Below, in pieces: positions 48,795 to 61,683 of a stretch of DNA of 64,000 bases. The translations under genes were made by a program, and so were the position numbers. The notes under the pieces are model-generated. The model was not told the origin of the DNA, ran no database searches, and saw only the letters and a list, made by a program, of their open reading frames with translations. Within the stretch, counting starts at the first letter, position 1. Each line of letters starts with the position of its first letter. Source of the stretch: Orbicella franksi (Eukaryota); NCBI GenBank assembly GCA_964199315.1, contig OZ116701.1, positions 33,294,001 through 33,358,000 on the forward strand, in the 5' to 3' direction.

Positions 48795-51126
48795 TAAGAT
48801 GGCACTTTAAAAGTTTGTTTGTTTTTTTTTCATTTATATTTTTCGCTGGATTGTCGTGTGGTCTCTGAAAGTAATTAAATTCCTTGACCTCCGTATGACT
48901 CCGTTTGAAAATGGTTAATTAATCTTGTGGCACAACAAACACTATTCTCGAGTCAAGACTGTTTTCACCAGCACAATCCGTTTCGTTTATGATACCGTTG
49001 CTACGGCTGCGATCGGTGGAAGCTGGCCCTGTGACATATTTCGAGTCTGCTCAATTGTTATATATTTCAAACCAATCCAGGACCTTATAAAGTTTTAATG
49101 ATGACCTCAAAAAATATTTAATAAAACCGATAGAAAAAAAGAAAACACTCCAAAAAGAACATTATCAGTAAAGTGATAAACTTTGTAGTCTCAGTCAGCG
49201 ATGTAACCAAAACATTTCAAAACGGTCGATTGTCCCCACAGATGTGCTGAGCAGTTTGAATTTGAGAAAGCAAGGGAAATACAAAGAAATTTACTCGTAA
49301 CCATATTATGGAAGTTAGTTGAGTTCGGAACTGTCTAAAATTGACGCAGCGTGGAGAGATATAAAAGTGGTATATCATAACGTACCGAGATTTAGTTGCT
49401 TCTGCAATCAGTTTGTTGCTCCTGTTGATTAATTAACAACATTTTATATGTAATGTGCCTTAGGTTCTTAATTCCTTTAGTCACGGAATCGTTGTTCCGG
49501 CTGATTACCGATGAACAACAGTTCTTAATGCCACGATACGAACATAGCTTATTACCTCAGGATCGCGGGGGGGGGGGGGGGGGAGGGAGGGTGGGTATTC
49601 ACTTATATAGGCCGCGTACTTGCTGCTGCAAGCTCTCCCGGGCTGAAAAAGAGTCTGGTTTAAAAACTGCTAAATAGTTCTTTAGATACTTTTTTTTATG
49701 AATAGTTACTCGATCTTCAACCAAAAACTGACAGAAAATAAAACACATAATAAAAGGTTAATATTGAAATGGTTAGAAAAAAAAATGCCAGTACTTCCTG
49801 AAGAGTAAAGGTCACAAACAAATCACATCTTTTTATCTGAAGTGTATTTTAATACAAATTACGAGGGGTTACACTCCTTCCACCCTCCACACCCCATCTC
49901 CTCCCTTCAACCGGGTTTACTTATCATATCAATTTTTGAAATAGGATTTGTCCGAGTCAAAAGAAGGATTAATTACGCTCGTTCTTCTCAGTTTCCGCGA
50001 ACAGTAAAAAGTCTTCCTTTTGTTGTCTAATGTATTTTTTCATTTATTCGTTTGATTGTTATTAATTTGAGCAAAACTAATCAAGAGAAACTGACACTTC
50101 ATTAGTGTTTTCCTTCAATGAGTCTTGCATAATGCCATTCAACCGATCTTTTGTTGCGAATTTCTTTTGTTGATTATGACGTTTACACGAGGCCAGCTGA
50201 TTTCGGCTAGGATATTTTGTTGAATGATGTTTGATAAATTAGCTTTTACTCTGCCAGACCTTTACTCCTTTCAGTTTTTATACCAGTTTTAAACTAGTCA
50301 CTCCTTTATTAACTTGCTCGCTCGCTCTTTGACTGATGTCATTTCAAATGCCGAGGCACATTACGCCAATATGGAGTAAATTAATTCGTGTAAAGGAAAT
50401 TAAATTAATGACAACTTCGTAGTAAGTGCCAATGGATGATCATATAAGACAGCAAGCTAGTAAACAGAGTTCACAAATGGTTGCTAAAGAGAGTAAATGC
50501 GTCGTTGATCAGTTGAACGCACGCGTCAACCAATCCAAGAGGAGGTCGCCTGGACCGAAGTCTCTCCGAAGCAAGCTGTTACATTGATTGCAAATTCCTT
50601 TCTAATTGGGTCATATATCCACGCTCTTTACATCGATATCCAGGCAAGATATCCCTTCGCGGTGTAGACAACCATAGCTTTCGACACAAGCCGCGCACCC
50701 TACGCTTATTTGGTTTGCATTGAACAAGCAGCTGATGACAATCAGCTGCTTCATGAGGTACCAAGATCCTGTTTTGTGGGCGTTGCTTGGAATTTTTTTC
50801 ACCCCTAAGAGGTACAATTCTAAAACAACACATTATATCATGTCATACTTTTTTGGCCCTATCCCCTAAAAGGTTCTGCAAAAGCTCCCGCTGTGGACCT
50901 TTTGAGACTGCACGCTATAAGAGCTACCAAAACCGCTATTTCAATCTCTAAAAGGTACTACGAGCACCCCCGTCATTTTTATACGGATATCCTCCCCCAG
51001 GGGCTTCCACACCGTTCAGTTCAGTCATTCCAAGATCTTTCACTACTTCCGTTACTGTAGAACAAAATGCTGTGTAGGTACACTTGATTATCAGTTCTCT
51101 CACACTGCGAAGTTTTCTCAAAGTGA

Positions 51127-54100
51127 CTATTGGTGACCAAAGTACCTTTGAAGCAGGTTCACTACTGATTGAAACACGTGCGGTTTAAAGTGCACAGCAT
51201 CATAAGGTTTTCCAGGCAGCCCAGTCTCCTCAGGATATGAGTCGCTGATAGGAAACACGTCTAACACGTCGATCCCTGCTCGGCACATGGCGTGCATGGC
51301 GTAAGAGTTAAACAACAGAACACGCTACAAAGAACAGGACAGAGGAAACTTTTGTGAGTAGAGTTATGTTATTTGAAAACAGTTTGCGTCCCTCTATTCA
51401 CGTTCAAATCAGACTGATTTGTATCTCATCTCCCCTTTCCGATTCGACCCGAACCGACCCGACCCGAGAAAAGCAAATACATTTCAACCGCAGTTTACAG
51501 ACACCCTTTTTATGTAGACTTAATTGTTACAGACAGTTGTCTTTGCTCCCTATCTGTAGCCCTACGTTTTGCCAAAATAAACTGACCAACCCCCGCCCGT
51601 CGGTTTCTCTTTGTTTCTCTGTGTTACCAACCATGTCCGCCTCAATTGGAGATGGAGGAGCGGGGAAGGAATTGCACTTAATTATTACTGGTCATATCTA
51701 GAAACAGAAATGAACGTTGCCAAAACATAATTTTGTGGAGTAACACACTTGACATTGAAGTTACCCTTGACAATTTTGTGCGCGAACAATTTTTCGAATC
51801 TCGAATAACATTCAAACAACCACTTACATAACGTAATTTTTGTTTCTAAAAAAAGGGAAAAGGCAAAATGGAAAAAGACTGACGTAAAGTACAGCGCATA
51901 TTTTCCATACAAGGGTTTCGCACAGGTGAAGTTTGGTTGTTTGCATTTTTGAGGTCATCTTACCTGGTAGGTCAAAAATCTGATACTTGTTGAATGGCGA
52001 GCATTGGTTCTTGGATCACCATATTTCTCTTTATTAATGGCAGTTGTCGTCTTCCAAATAAGTTGTCCTCTAAACCGCCATGATTTCTTGTTCGTCTTGA
52101 ATTTTTCATTTAGCAATCTTATAGTCTTATCTATAAGCCCCATGTAGGTGGTGAAGTTTATAGTGTGCACGTAGTGCAGACCTAGATTGAGAATCAACAC
52201 ACTTTTGTCGCTGTCCATGAAAGGCTGAGAAATGACGTGAAAAATTTCGGTTAACACTCTCCTGACACTGAAATCCTTGTCGTCGTTTTCTAGTCTTCCT
52301 CTCGTCAAGTTCCTGCCAGGAATTCTGTATACCCAGTTGTAAGTGTTGTTACATCTTTGGAAAATCTTTTTACATAGCGGCTGCCTAATAATGGATTTAT
52401 AAAAAAAGTCCCCGACTGAATCACCGTAAATCCATAATGTTTCTAGTTTCCCAGCTGGATTTCTGTTTCTTGTCTGAGGTGCCTCTAAAAATTTTAACGT
52501 ATGAAAATATTACGAAATAGATATTAAGAGAAATAGAGAAAAAATGTTCATCGAACAGATGCATCTAAAATGTCTCGCACGGTTTCTACCCACATCGGCT
52601 ATACTCTTGTTTATGAAAAAAGGCCAGTTGCATTCTAAGAATTAAGGTCAAACCGGCACACAGGTTAAAAATTGTGTTTGAAAACCTGGGTGTTTAAAGC
52701 CCCAAGGTGTGGGGGGGGGGAGGGGGGGAGGGGGGACTTCCGTATAAAAAGGAGCGGGGTGCTTGTCGAAAATTTTGAAAAGAATCCCCACGAGGTACAA
52801 CGATCCTGTTTTGTGGGCGTGGTTTGAAGTTTACTTCAGCCTCAAGAGGTACCAATTTTAAAACAACTCGTTATCTCCCGTCATTTTTTTTTTTTTCAGC
52901 TCAATACCCAATAAGGTACCACGAAAGCTCCCGCTGAGGATCTTTTGAGGTTGAACACCCTAAGAAGTACCAAAACCTCAGCTTTTCAGTTTAACCCCTA
53001 AAAGGTACAACGAGCACCCCTGCACCTTTTATATCGGAATTCCCCAGGGCGGTTTCTCCCCCCCTCCCCCCTCCCAGCTATACTCTTATTTAGTAAATCA
53101 AAAAAAAAAAAAATACTTGTTGGATTCTAGAAATGAAGATGGAACCGGCACACAAGTTTAGAACTGTGATTTCAAAATAGAGATACTTAAAGGGCCTACT
53201 CAGCCACACCTTTGTTGTTGTTTACATACGAGAGTTTGGCTATTATATTTTATTCAGATCATGTCCAAATGAAGGAAATTACTATGAAACTACTAAAGAT
53301 AATTAAACATACTTTTAGGAACGCAACTTACAGTAAAGCAATAAGATTTTGCTTCACCATGCAATATTGATGGCATTGAAAATGGCTGACTAGGGCCCTG
53401 TAAGGTTCCTTCAGGTACGTATATAAACTCGTTTTCAAGACTAAAATCTTTTCAAAAGTTAGAGTCTTTGTAAGAAAACTAAAACTCTTAAACCGAGTCT
53501 ATGCTTTCTCACTTCTAACCTAATGATGGAGAGTTTAAGGGCAATTTTCTTGTTTCCTGACAGTAGCTAACTACATGAACAGAGTCAATAACTCACCGCT
53601 AATGAGATATGGTTTCCACGTTTCATTCATCCATCTTCCATTACCATCCCACATTTCAGAACATCTGATTCCACAAGGTACATTAACGGAGCCAAATTTA
53701 TCGATGACCTCTGATGATCGAAATGGTATCCATATAAATTTGTTCTAGTAAAATTCCCCAAATCTACTATATTAGCTTGCGCAACTTGTCTTATGGAGAA
53801 TGCAGATTGAGCCCAGACTCACAATGACTTATGAAGAATTATTGTCTTATTCCTATATTCTCTTTACAGGAACTAGTCTCCTTTGCAGGACAAGGACTTG
53901 AGGGTTTATTGACTTGATGACTATGAGGACTGGAGGAAAGTTTGTTTGGCTCTCGATTATCGCGTAGAACAGCGCGTTTTTATACGAGCTAGTTGGCCAG
54001 AGTTGATATCGTCTGCCTGTGAAATGCAATCTCCGGTCGATCCCTGGCCTAATTGACATTTGCATGTGTTCAAGTTCGATACCATGAAAGCGCGCACGTA

Positions 54101-55549
54101 ACCAAGAGATTATGATCTAACTGATAAAATTTCTCGTTTGATCGAGGTCGCATAAAACAGGATTTTATTTGTTCTTACTTTGCGGAAATTTCAAAAATAA
54201 CACTGGAATATCAAAACAAAATTGCATCTACTGCGTGTACTTACTTTGAAAAAGTAGCTCGGTTGAATGTGGAATAAGAATAGTAAATGGTGCACCGTCC
54301 CATAAAGGACTCAATAGAAATGGTTTGTCGTGGCCAGGAAGAGCATTTGGTGCTTGATATCTACCTTGCGCATTCCCTGGTAAATAATGGAATATAAAGT
54401 AAAATAAGTTTCGCTGGCAGTCTATAACTAGGAGTGTCCACCTCAGACTTTGCAAGAATCTTTAAAAGACGAGGATCCCCCAATGTATAAGTTATTTGCG
54501 GGGAGACATTTGGTGGGAAAAAATAACTGCATTTCTTATGAGCAAGTATGAAGAAAGGGAAGGAAGTCAATAGGACACTGTTTAAAGTAAGTTGTTAAAA
54601 AGGACTGAATTCATGGAAAACTGTAAGGGATATCATGTACAGTGACTGCACCCTATAATCTAAGGAAGAGTTCAGCGAGGCCGGTTACTGAGTTTCGACG
54701 ACTACTACATGTCGTTTACTAGATAGAAATACTCATTGCGTGTCAGAGGTTGCATACGCGAATCCTGGGTCCCACTGAGTTTAATATTCTACGTAGATAT
54801 ATATGAGGCGTACAATTTGACGCTTCTGAGCGAATTGTTTTTTTTTGTCTGGGTGGAAGGCGGAGCGGGGGGGGGGAGAGTGACTCACGTAATGGGATTG
54901 AGTTAGTCCATTAAATGTATTGCTGTTACTGACCTTTAATAAACCAGTCACGTGGAGGGTCTTTGTAGCCATCACACAGTGAATACTCCAAAACCACTTC
55001 CACGTGGTATTGTCCTGGCTCTAAAACAAGAAAAACGACTTCGTACTTTCCATTACCATGATCAACTACTGTTGGAGACATGGAAGAAGGGCCTCGTACA
55101 TGAACCCGCCAAGAGTCTCCTCCAACCTTCTTGTCCAAATTGTCCCGTGTTACAGACTGTATTTCAAATCGACTAAACTGCCCGGCGGGTCTGATATCCC
55201 ACAATATCAGATAGCTTTTAGCCGCATCTGTCCTGCTTTGGGAACGTTGAAAGCCCTTATTCTTGCCCCATTCCATGTTTTCTGCGCATGGTCGTAAAAC
55301 TTGTTTCCAGTCCATTCGCATTCGCTTTAAGCGACACCATGTCTCGAGAAAGTCCGCGTAACGCGCGTTGTCGCGCGTGTCGTTATTCATTATCCTCGCG
55401 TGTAGCTTCCGTGACGCGATGTGAACTCTGTAATGATGGTGGACCCAGTATAGGTACGCAAAAATACACAATGTTGCAACAGTTACTATTTTCCGAGAGA
55501 TTAGCCTGTTGTTGCATGTCCATGCTGCTAAGGACGTGCGAAAACTCAT
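51127..55549 (-). CDS. NXPE/PC-esterase-like (SGNH-type) type II membrane protein, 5 exons, about 526 aa
   Basis: Exons 55549-54934, 54376-54245, 53710-53597, 52484-51964 and 51324-51127, GT-AG and phase-compatible, total 1581 nt. N-terminal TM, filamin/Ig-like segment (GGDSWRV...VVDHGNGKYEVVF), YGDS Ser motif, NLGLH and DAVH (DxxH). The exon 3 acceptor was chosen by phase. Confidence 0.82.
52700..53050 (+). mobile_element. MITE-family copy in intron 3 of the NXPE-like gene; truncated copy at about 50755-51003
   Basis: The two copies share gaggtac.a.gatcctgttttgtgggcgt ... aaagctcccgctg ... aaaaggtac.acgagcaccc. G-tract and C-tract termini. Confidence 0.7.
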
Positions 55550-55989
55550 CCAGAGCTGGCCAGCATCAGTTTCAAAGCAGTATATGTTTCCCTTGTCCCG
55601 TTATTGTCTCCGGATAGCACCTGCGGGAAAAACTGAAATGCAACGTTCTACAGAAATCAAAATTCATATATGTTATTCTGCGGAACAATAAAAAGCACCG
55701 TAGGGGCAATCCAAGCTTAGCTTAGCACTGCATCTCGCTATTTCTATTTAGAACTAAAAAGTAACAAACCTTTTCATAGTGCTTAAGACTGAATGGTCTG
55801 ATTTTGCCAGGCTGCAGAAGCCGCCAAACGCGGGGACTCTTGCACTATATCATGATTTATTTGCCCAACTTGTTTTCTGTTTCTTTTGGCATGGTGTAAA
55901 ATAGTTTTGCAACCCTCTCTCGTGGTATACCATTGAATATCCTACTGGTCTCGATCTCCTCATTTTAGATTCTCGGTATACACACTCAC

Positions 55990-56129
55990 TGGCTGCCTGG
56001 CTCCGCTAGCCCCTATGGCTATTCCAAGCAGCTAGTACTCTAAGTTTTACTTTAAATATTTTCATTGTTGTAATTTGTTATTTTGAGCAAGAGTGAGTGC
56101 AAATAAAGATTGATTGATTGATTGATTGA
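55990..56129 (+). mobile_element. Retroposon 3' end with AATAAA and (GATT)n tail, inserted in a palindrome loop
   Basis: Splits ctcggtatacacac / gtgtgtataccgag. aataaa at 56102 is followed by about 5 GATT units. Confidence 0.7.
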
Positions 56130-57804
56130 CATAAAGGCTCGACGTGTGTATACCGAGAAAATACCAGTGATTTATGGGATATTCCATGGTGTATCACTCG
56201 AAAGCGCTGCATTACTAGTATTTACAAGCGATGATTATTATAAAACGTTGCGACATTAGAACTAAATTAACTACGATGATTGCAAACTGGACAACATGTT
56301 TCACTGGCAATACCCTTGTAGCAACAAGGATTTTGTTTCCATATTGTGTTATATCATTCGCTTTGAGTTACAAATTCCTTTCAATAAAGAACCAGAATAT
56401 TTTTATGCAAGATCATTTCGATATTATTGTCTCTGAGTCAATTCTTTCATTACAATCTGTCTGCTATTTGTGTTCCTTACGAAATGGACGGTCTCGTCCC
56501 AGTCTCTCAGTTCACGATTGAAAGAGAAATCTGAGAGAAGACTCCCTGATGAACGGTATAGCCCTTGTTTCAAATACAAGATCTAGATCTTACTAATGGA
56601 TTTCAATTTGTCAGAGCCCCAATGGGGGAGCAATTCATTTTATGTGAAATTCAATGATACTTTCTTGAATGTGACTTGACATTATTGATATTCTAAGCAG
56701 AAATGAGATGTTGAACTTTGAAATCAGCTTAAAATATATTCAGTTCTCTTAATTACTGTTTTCTACCTTTGTACGGAATCGACAGATTTCAAAAGAAGAA
56801 TTTTCCTTGCGCAAAATAATCGGAACAGAGGGTATTTTCTTAGCCATTTATAGGAAAAACCATTACATCTCGTCTTCCGGAGTCAAATTCTACCAGTAGA
56901 GGTTACTCGCGAAGGGAACCGGTGTAAACATTTTGAAAAGTCTAACTTTACATTGAATCTAGTGGTTCTACAGCGATACTTACCTTTATGAACAAATCAT
57001 TTTTTTACTGATGGATTCACTGTCGGTCCTTTTGTAGTTTACGGCATCGTTAGTAAGTACAATACAAATTTGAAAAATAGAATCTTCACAGATAGCCTTT
57101 TTCCTTCATCAACTTGACCTTTGAGTTTTGAACTGGTACCCGCTATGAACAACACACCTGCCTCCAGGTAAACATTATACAGTTAATCACTGGTCCCAAG
57201 GTAAACAGTTTGTTTTGTTTTCACGAGCCGGAATCTCGATGTTACCCGAAGCGAAACCGAAGATTCCAGGGAAACAAAACAAACTGTTTCCCAGGGGACT
57301 AGTGACTTAGTGTTTTGCTATATAGCTGGGGCTTAGTGTAAAGTTTTATGGCGAGGAGAAGTCAAAGCAACGACTGGTTCGTGGAAGAGCGCGCGACAGT
57401 TGCTTAATTTTTGCTCACCAGGTAACATTAAGATTTAGCCAGTGCCACGTGACCATAAATCAACCAATGGGAGCGTTCGTTACATTCACCTGAACTCCAG
57501 CTATAAAACATAACATAGTATTTTTTGCGTTCAAAAATTGAGGGAAGGGTAAAACAAAAACCTGTCAATTTTCTATCCTTCGCTCAAACGCGTATTCATG
57601 TGATCATGGTGTCTTTTCTGCCACGTCGAAAACCAATTAATCGTGATACCAAAGAACTCCAAAAGCAGTGCATGCACCCCTTAAGTAACTCACTTCATAT
57701 ATTTGTACCACTCAGCCCGTGAGTACACTTAATGTTGATAGCTGGGTTCCTGACATAGACCAGTTAGTGTTCTTTTTCACTTAGTTCAGAGTGGTGTGCA
57801 CTAA

Positions 57805-58178
57805 GGCCCCGTTCACACTGCGTCGGAGAAATCTGAAAACGCAGCTTTATTTCTCCTGTTAGGCCTACCGTCCAAACTAATCCGTCGCGAAAACCGAGCT
57901 TTTCAAAACCGCTCTTTTAACCGGGGGAATTTGAAAACGCCGGCTCTGCGTTTCAGTGTGGACAGAAAACGTTTTGAAAACAAAGCTTTTCGAAAACGAT
58001 GAGGTCACGACAATCACGTGATTTCCCTGCACGAGTTTTACTCAAACACAAATCCAAAATGAGCGGTGATCGTTGCGTTTTCAAATTTCTCCGACGTAGT
58101 GTGAACGCAAAACACATGATGCGTTTTCAGAGTGAAACATCAGTTTTCAAATTTCTCCGGCGTAGTCTGGATGCGGCC
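57805..58178. mobile_element. PIF/Harbinger-type MITE with TAA TSD
   Basis: taa-ggccccgttcacactgcgtcggagaaat ... atttctccggcgtagtctggatgcggcc-taa. Confidence 0.8.
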
Positions 58179-58783
58179 TAATGTAATGATTTGGCGAGCT
58201 GCTACGCGATAGGGCACGACGTGTATATTCTCGAGCGTTCATGCATGTAGTGAGTGTGAGTGGTCTGGGCTTTAATCTGAAAGTCTCCTGCAACTGTTGA
58301 GGGATTGGGAACAAATTAATTGATTTTCCATTGGTTATAAATTTCGACAAACGTGGTTTATTACAATACAACAAAGAAAATGTTCACTCTTTACAAATAA
58401 TTTACAAATTTTACATCATTTGGCCTGTCGAGGTATGTGTTAATTACCTAAACATGCAATGAGGTACAATAAATTGAAGAATATTCCAAATATTGAAATT
58501 ATAATGGATTAATTATAATTGAATACCAAAAACTCACTCACATTATCTTTTAAATTAGTCAATCAAAGCATTAAAAAATTAAAAGCCAATTTTTACTAGT
58601 AAATTCACAGCAATGATTTGCCATGGGGTCTAAGCTAGAAACAAAGCTATACAAGATGTAAAGACCTGAATGATCATTGCACTGAATTATGTACACGATA
58701 CTTACGCGGTTGCGAAAATAACCCCTGAGAAAAAAAAAAGAAAATTATGCTGCAAAGTGTTTACCTCGAGGATACTAAAATAG

Positions 58784-58987
58784 TATTGTTATTATTATCG
58801 TTATCGTTATCGTTATCGTTATCGTTATTGTTATTGTTGTTGTTATTGTTATTATTATTATTATTCTTTTATCCCGGATTTCCGCCGAACTAAGGGACCA
58901 TGAACAATAATTTTAAAACAAACTTAATATGAAAACAAGATATTCGATGATGTAAATTGTTACTTTTAGTTTTTAAAAATTTTTGAC

Positions 58988-59018
<31 letters not shown>

Positions 59019-59035
59019 CATTATTATTATTATTT
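58784..59035. repeat. Compound microsatellites (TTA/TTG/TTATCG)n at 58784-58864 and (ATA)n(TTA)n at about 58988-59034
   Basis: Directly visible. Confidence 0.9.
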
Positions 59036-59673
59036 TCATATTTTCATCGTTATCTGCCATTAACGCTTAATTAGTGAAATTAGACGCGGCTCGACCAAGA
59101 ACAAGCGTCCGTTTATTTTTGCTCGTGCTTGAGCCATTTTTATAAACTTCTTATATAATCCTGGCACAAGTGGGCTTGACACTAGCTTAGATTTACCACA
59201 TAATTTAATCAATAATGAACAAGGTATAACAAAAAGCTGTCCCCTCTATTCTAATCCTCCTTTTGTACCCCTGTATGAGTCCATATAAATTGGACTTAGA
59301 CGGTTAAAAAGCAGTGAATATACGTCGTGTGTATTACGTAGTGGGTCTACTCCCAACTTAAAACTGCGCATGCACACATTGGCGATAGAGTATATTTTGT
59401 ATAAAGTTTAGTACCCAAGCTAATGCCTTTTATTTTTGCAAAGTTAAGAATCTGCGAAACGCTTTTAAATTAATGTTAACGATTAAATTGTCGGGAGGGG
59501 GGGGGGGAGGAGATCTTCCCTATGGTTGTTGAGATCAGTGTTTACCATAGACTGGTAAAATGTTTCTGATAGTATCAGTCTATCGCGTGTGCAAAATTTA
59601 AGAAACCCTCACGAAAAATAAAGGTATTTTTATAAGCGTATCGAACTCTAGAAATTACGGTGGATTTACACTA

Positions 59674-60795
59674 TTAAAAGTTCACATCTCGACCGTTTAC
59701 AGAGCCCACGCGAGCTTTTGAAAAGGAATGGCGCAACTTTTCAGGACCAAACGGTGGCGACTTCTGAACTACCAGTGGAACAGGCAGAGAACGCGCTGAA
59801 GGCGCATCCGTCTGTACGAGACAGGGCGCGATGAGCTGCATCAAGGTGCTCCTCACTTCTGATATGCGATAGGTGTATACCAATGGATTAATGGCACTGT
59901 TACTGTAATGGAGAAGTTTCACAAAATCCAACAGGTGCAACAGGTTCGTGTCGTGGGGAAGATAACTGGGCCAGAAAATAAACAATACTGACAGCGTGAA
60001 AAATGGAAGCCACGATAACACAAAAAGACCTGTGACTATCAACACGGTTTTAGCGGTTGTCTGTTCATGATGTACCTTCCTCTGAAGTGAACTAATGGAG
60101 TACGAGCGCCGACGAATGTTGAACTGTTTCACGCTCTTGTAAATGTTGGCGTACATGCAGATTATTATCAGAAGCGGCAGGAAAAATCCCGCGATAGCAC
60201 TAAACAGCCCCTTGTACTTCCTCCACATAGCAAATTTGAAATCGCTAGCGAAGATGCCCGCAATTGCAAGGCCGTACGCCCATGTTGCGGCGATGGCGCA
60301 GTAATAGTGATAGCGACGCATAACGCGATGTCTTAGTGGTTTCGAAATAGCAATGTTTCGATCGATACTGATGATTGTAAGGTGTGCAATGGAGGTAAGG
60401 GCGCTGCAAACGTCGAGGAACGTGTACACTTTGCGGAACTGAAGGTTGACAGCGCTCTGCGATGTATGGTTCAAATCATACAGCAATATATACATCCAAC
60501 ACGGGATTGAGATGGCTCCCACGATGAAATCTGAAACTGCTAAACTCACGAAGAACATGTTCGTCGCTGTCCGCAGCTTGCTGTTTCTTGTGAAAACGAT
60601 TATAATAAGAGAGTTCCCGAGGATTACCAAGAATGACAGAAGTGAATAGATTGTTACGAAAATAAGCGTCTCTTGCGCTGAGTGTCTGGGAAAGGTAGCC
60701 ACGGGGCCCGAAGTGGATCTCGTTGGTGAAGTGTCGTTTGTTAGGTTGCATATTCCGCTAGAAGAACTTGAGTTGTTGAAAACCAAGTTTTTCAT
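59674..60795 (-). CDS. Class A GPCR, biogenic-amine/adenosine-receptor-like, single coding exon, 373 aa
   Basis: N-terminal NxS/T sites, GN, TNMFFVSLAVSD, FLDV (D3.32), DRN, SWLPF, NSAINPLVY. The ORF-track start at 60801 is TTG; the first ATG is 60795. A 5'UTR intron acceptor is likely at about 60862. Confidence 0.9.
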   Translation of the reverse strand: MKNLVFNNSSSSSGICNLTNDTSPTRSTSGPVATFPRHSAQETLIFVTIYSLLSFLVILGNSLIIIVFTRNSKLRTATNMFFVSLAVSDFIVGAISIPCWMYILLYDLNHTSQSAVNLQFRKVYTFLDVCSALTSIAHLTIISIDRNIAISKPLRHRVMRRYHYYCAIAATWAYGLAIAGIFASDFKFAMWRKYKGLFSAIAGFFLPLLIIICMYANIYKSVKQFNIRRRSYSISSLQRKVHHEQTTAKTVLIVTGLFVLSWLPFFTLSVLFIFWPSYLPHDTNLLHLLDFVKLLHYSNSAINPLVYTYRISEVRSTLMQLIAPCLVQTDAPSARSLPVPLVVQKSPPFGPEKLRHSFSKARVGSVNGRDVNF

Positions 60796-61683
60796 TTTCA
60801 AAGGTTGATGCGTCTTCTTTTAGTTCTTCACAAACCAGCCTCTTTAACAGAACTGCGACCGCTGAAAATGAAATTAAATATACTTAATTTGCACAGCTTT
60901 TAGAAGGACCTTAAGATGTGGCAAATAATTAATTGTTCATATGTGTTTATACGTCACTCGCCTTGTCACATAGTTAATAGGGATTTGGGAAATTAAGGCA
61001 TTTGGTCATATTGGCTTCGAGACATGTAGACGTTTGACTGGTTGAAATTTGATTAAAAAAACTCAACAATCCATACCCAAAAACTCCTTTTGCTGCGACA
61101 ATTTATTTCTTTTCTCCGCGTTGGGAACTTTAAGACAAGAAATGAAAAAATATCTATATATATCTGATCATAATCCATGCGGAATTGAAATTCGTTTAAG
61201 AGATCATACATGATGCGTGGGTACATTAGCTCCCTTTTCTCTCCAGCCAGACGTAAAATTATCTGTCAACCATGGGATAAAGGTGGGCCATTGCTGAGAT
61301 AATTTTCAAGGGTTTGACATAAAATGATCCAAGCATTCAAACAATGAGTTAAAAAAACGAACTTGTCAAACTGCAGGAGAATTGAATCGATTTGGCCAAG
61401 CTGCACCTGCTACTTGTGCATTTCAAAATTGCCCTTCCAGTCCTATTTTGGTTTTTAATATTTGTCGGTCATGTTTGAACCATCTTATTACCAACGTGTG
61501 GTATACTTACTCTTTGTTTCAGCTCGTGCTTAACTGTAATAAGTCCGGAGGGGCAACATCCAATTAAGCAAACATAAAATATGCCTCACGGCTAGATTAG
61601 TTGTCCATAACAACCTTGGTTTAACTGACGAATGCTTTTGACAAGGAGGGAGTTCCATTTGATTTAAAAAAAAAATAAAACAA

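Larger units (their letters stand above)
47146..50520 (-). repeat. Right arm of the inverted segmental duplication
   Basis: See the left arm at 39540-44313. Confidence 0.9.

Noticed and set aside
50530-50755. GC-richer block with ORFs 50579-50833 and 50611-50817, possibly a retroelement fragment
   Set aside because: I could not match any diagnostic RT or endonuclease motif, and the ORFs partly run into a MITE. Left unannotated.
53853-54065. Extra exon of the NXPE-like gene
   Set aside because: The phase-compatible frame contains stops, and the model is complete without it.
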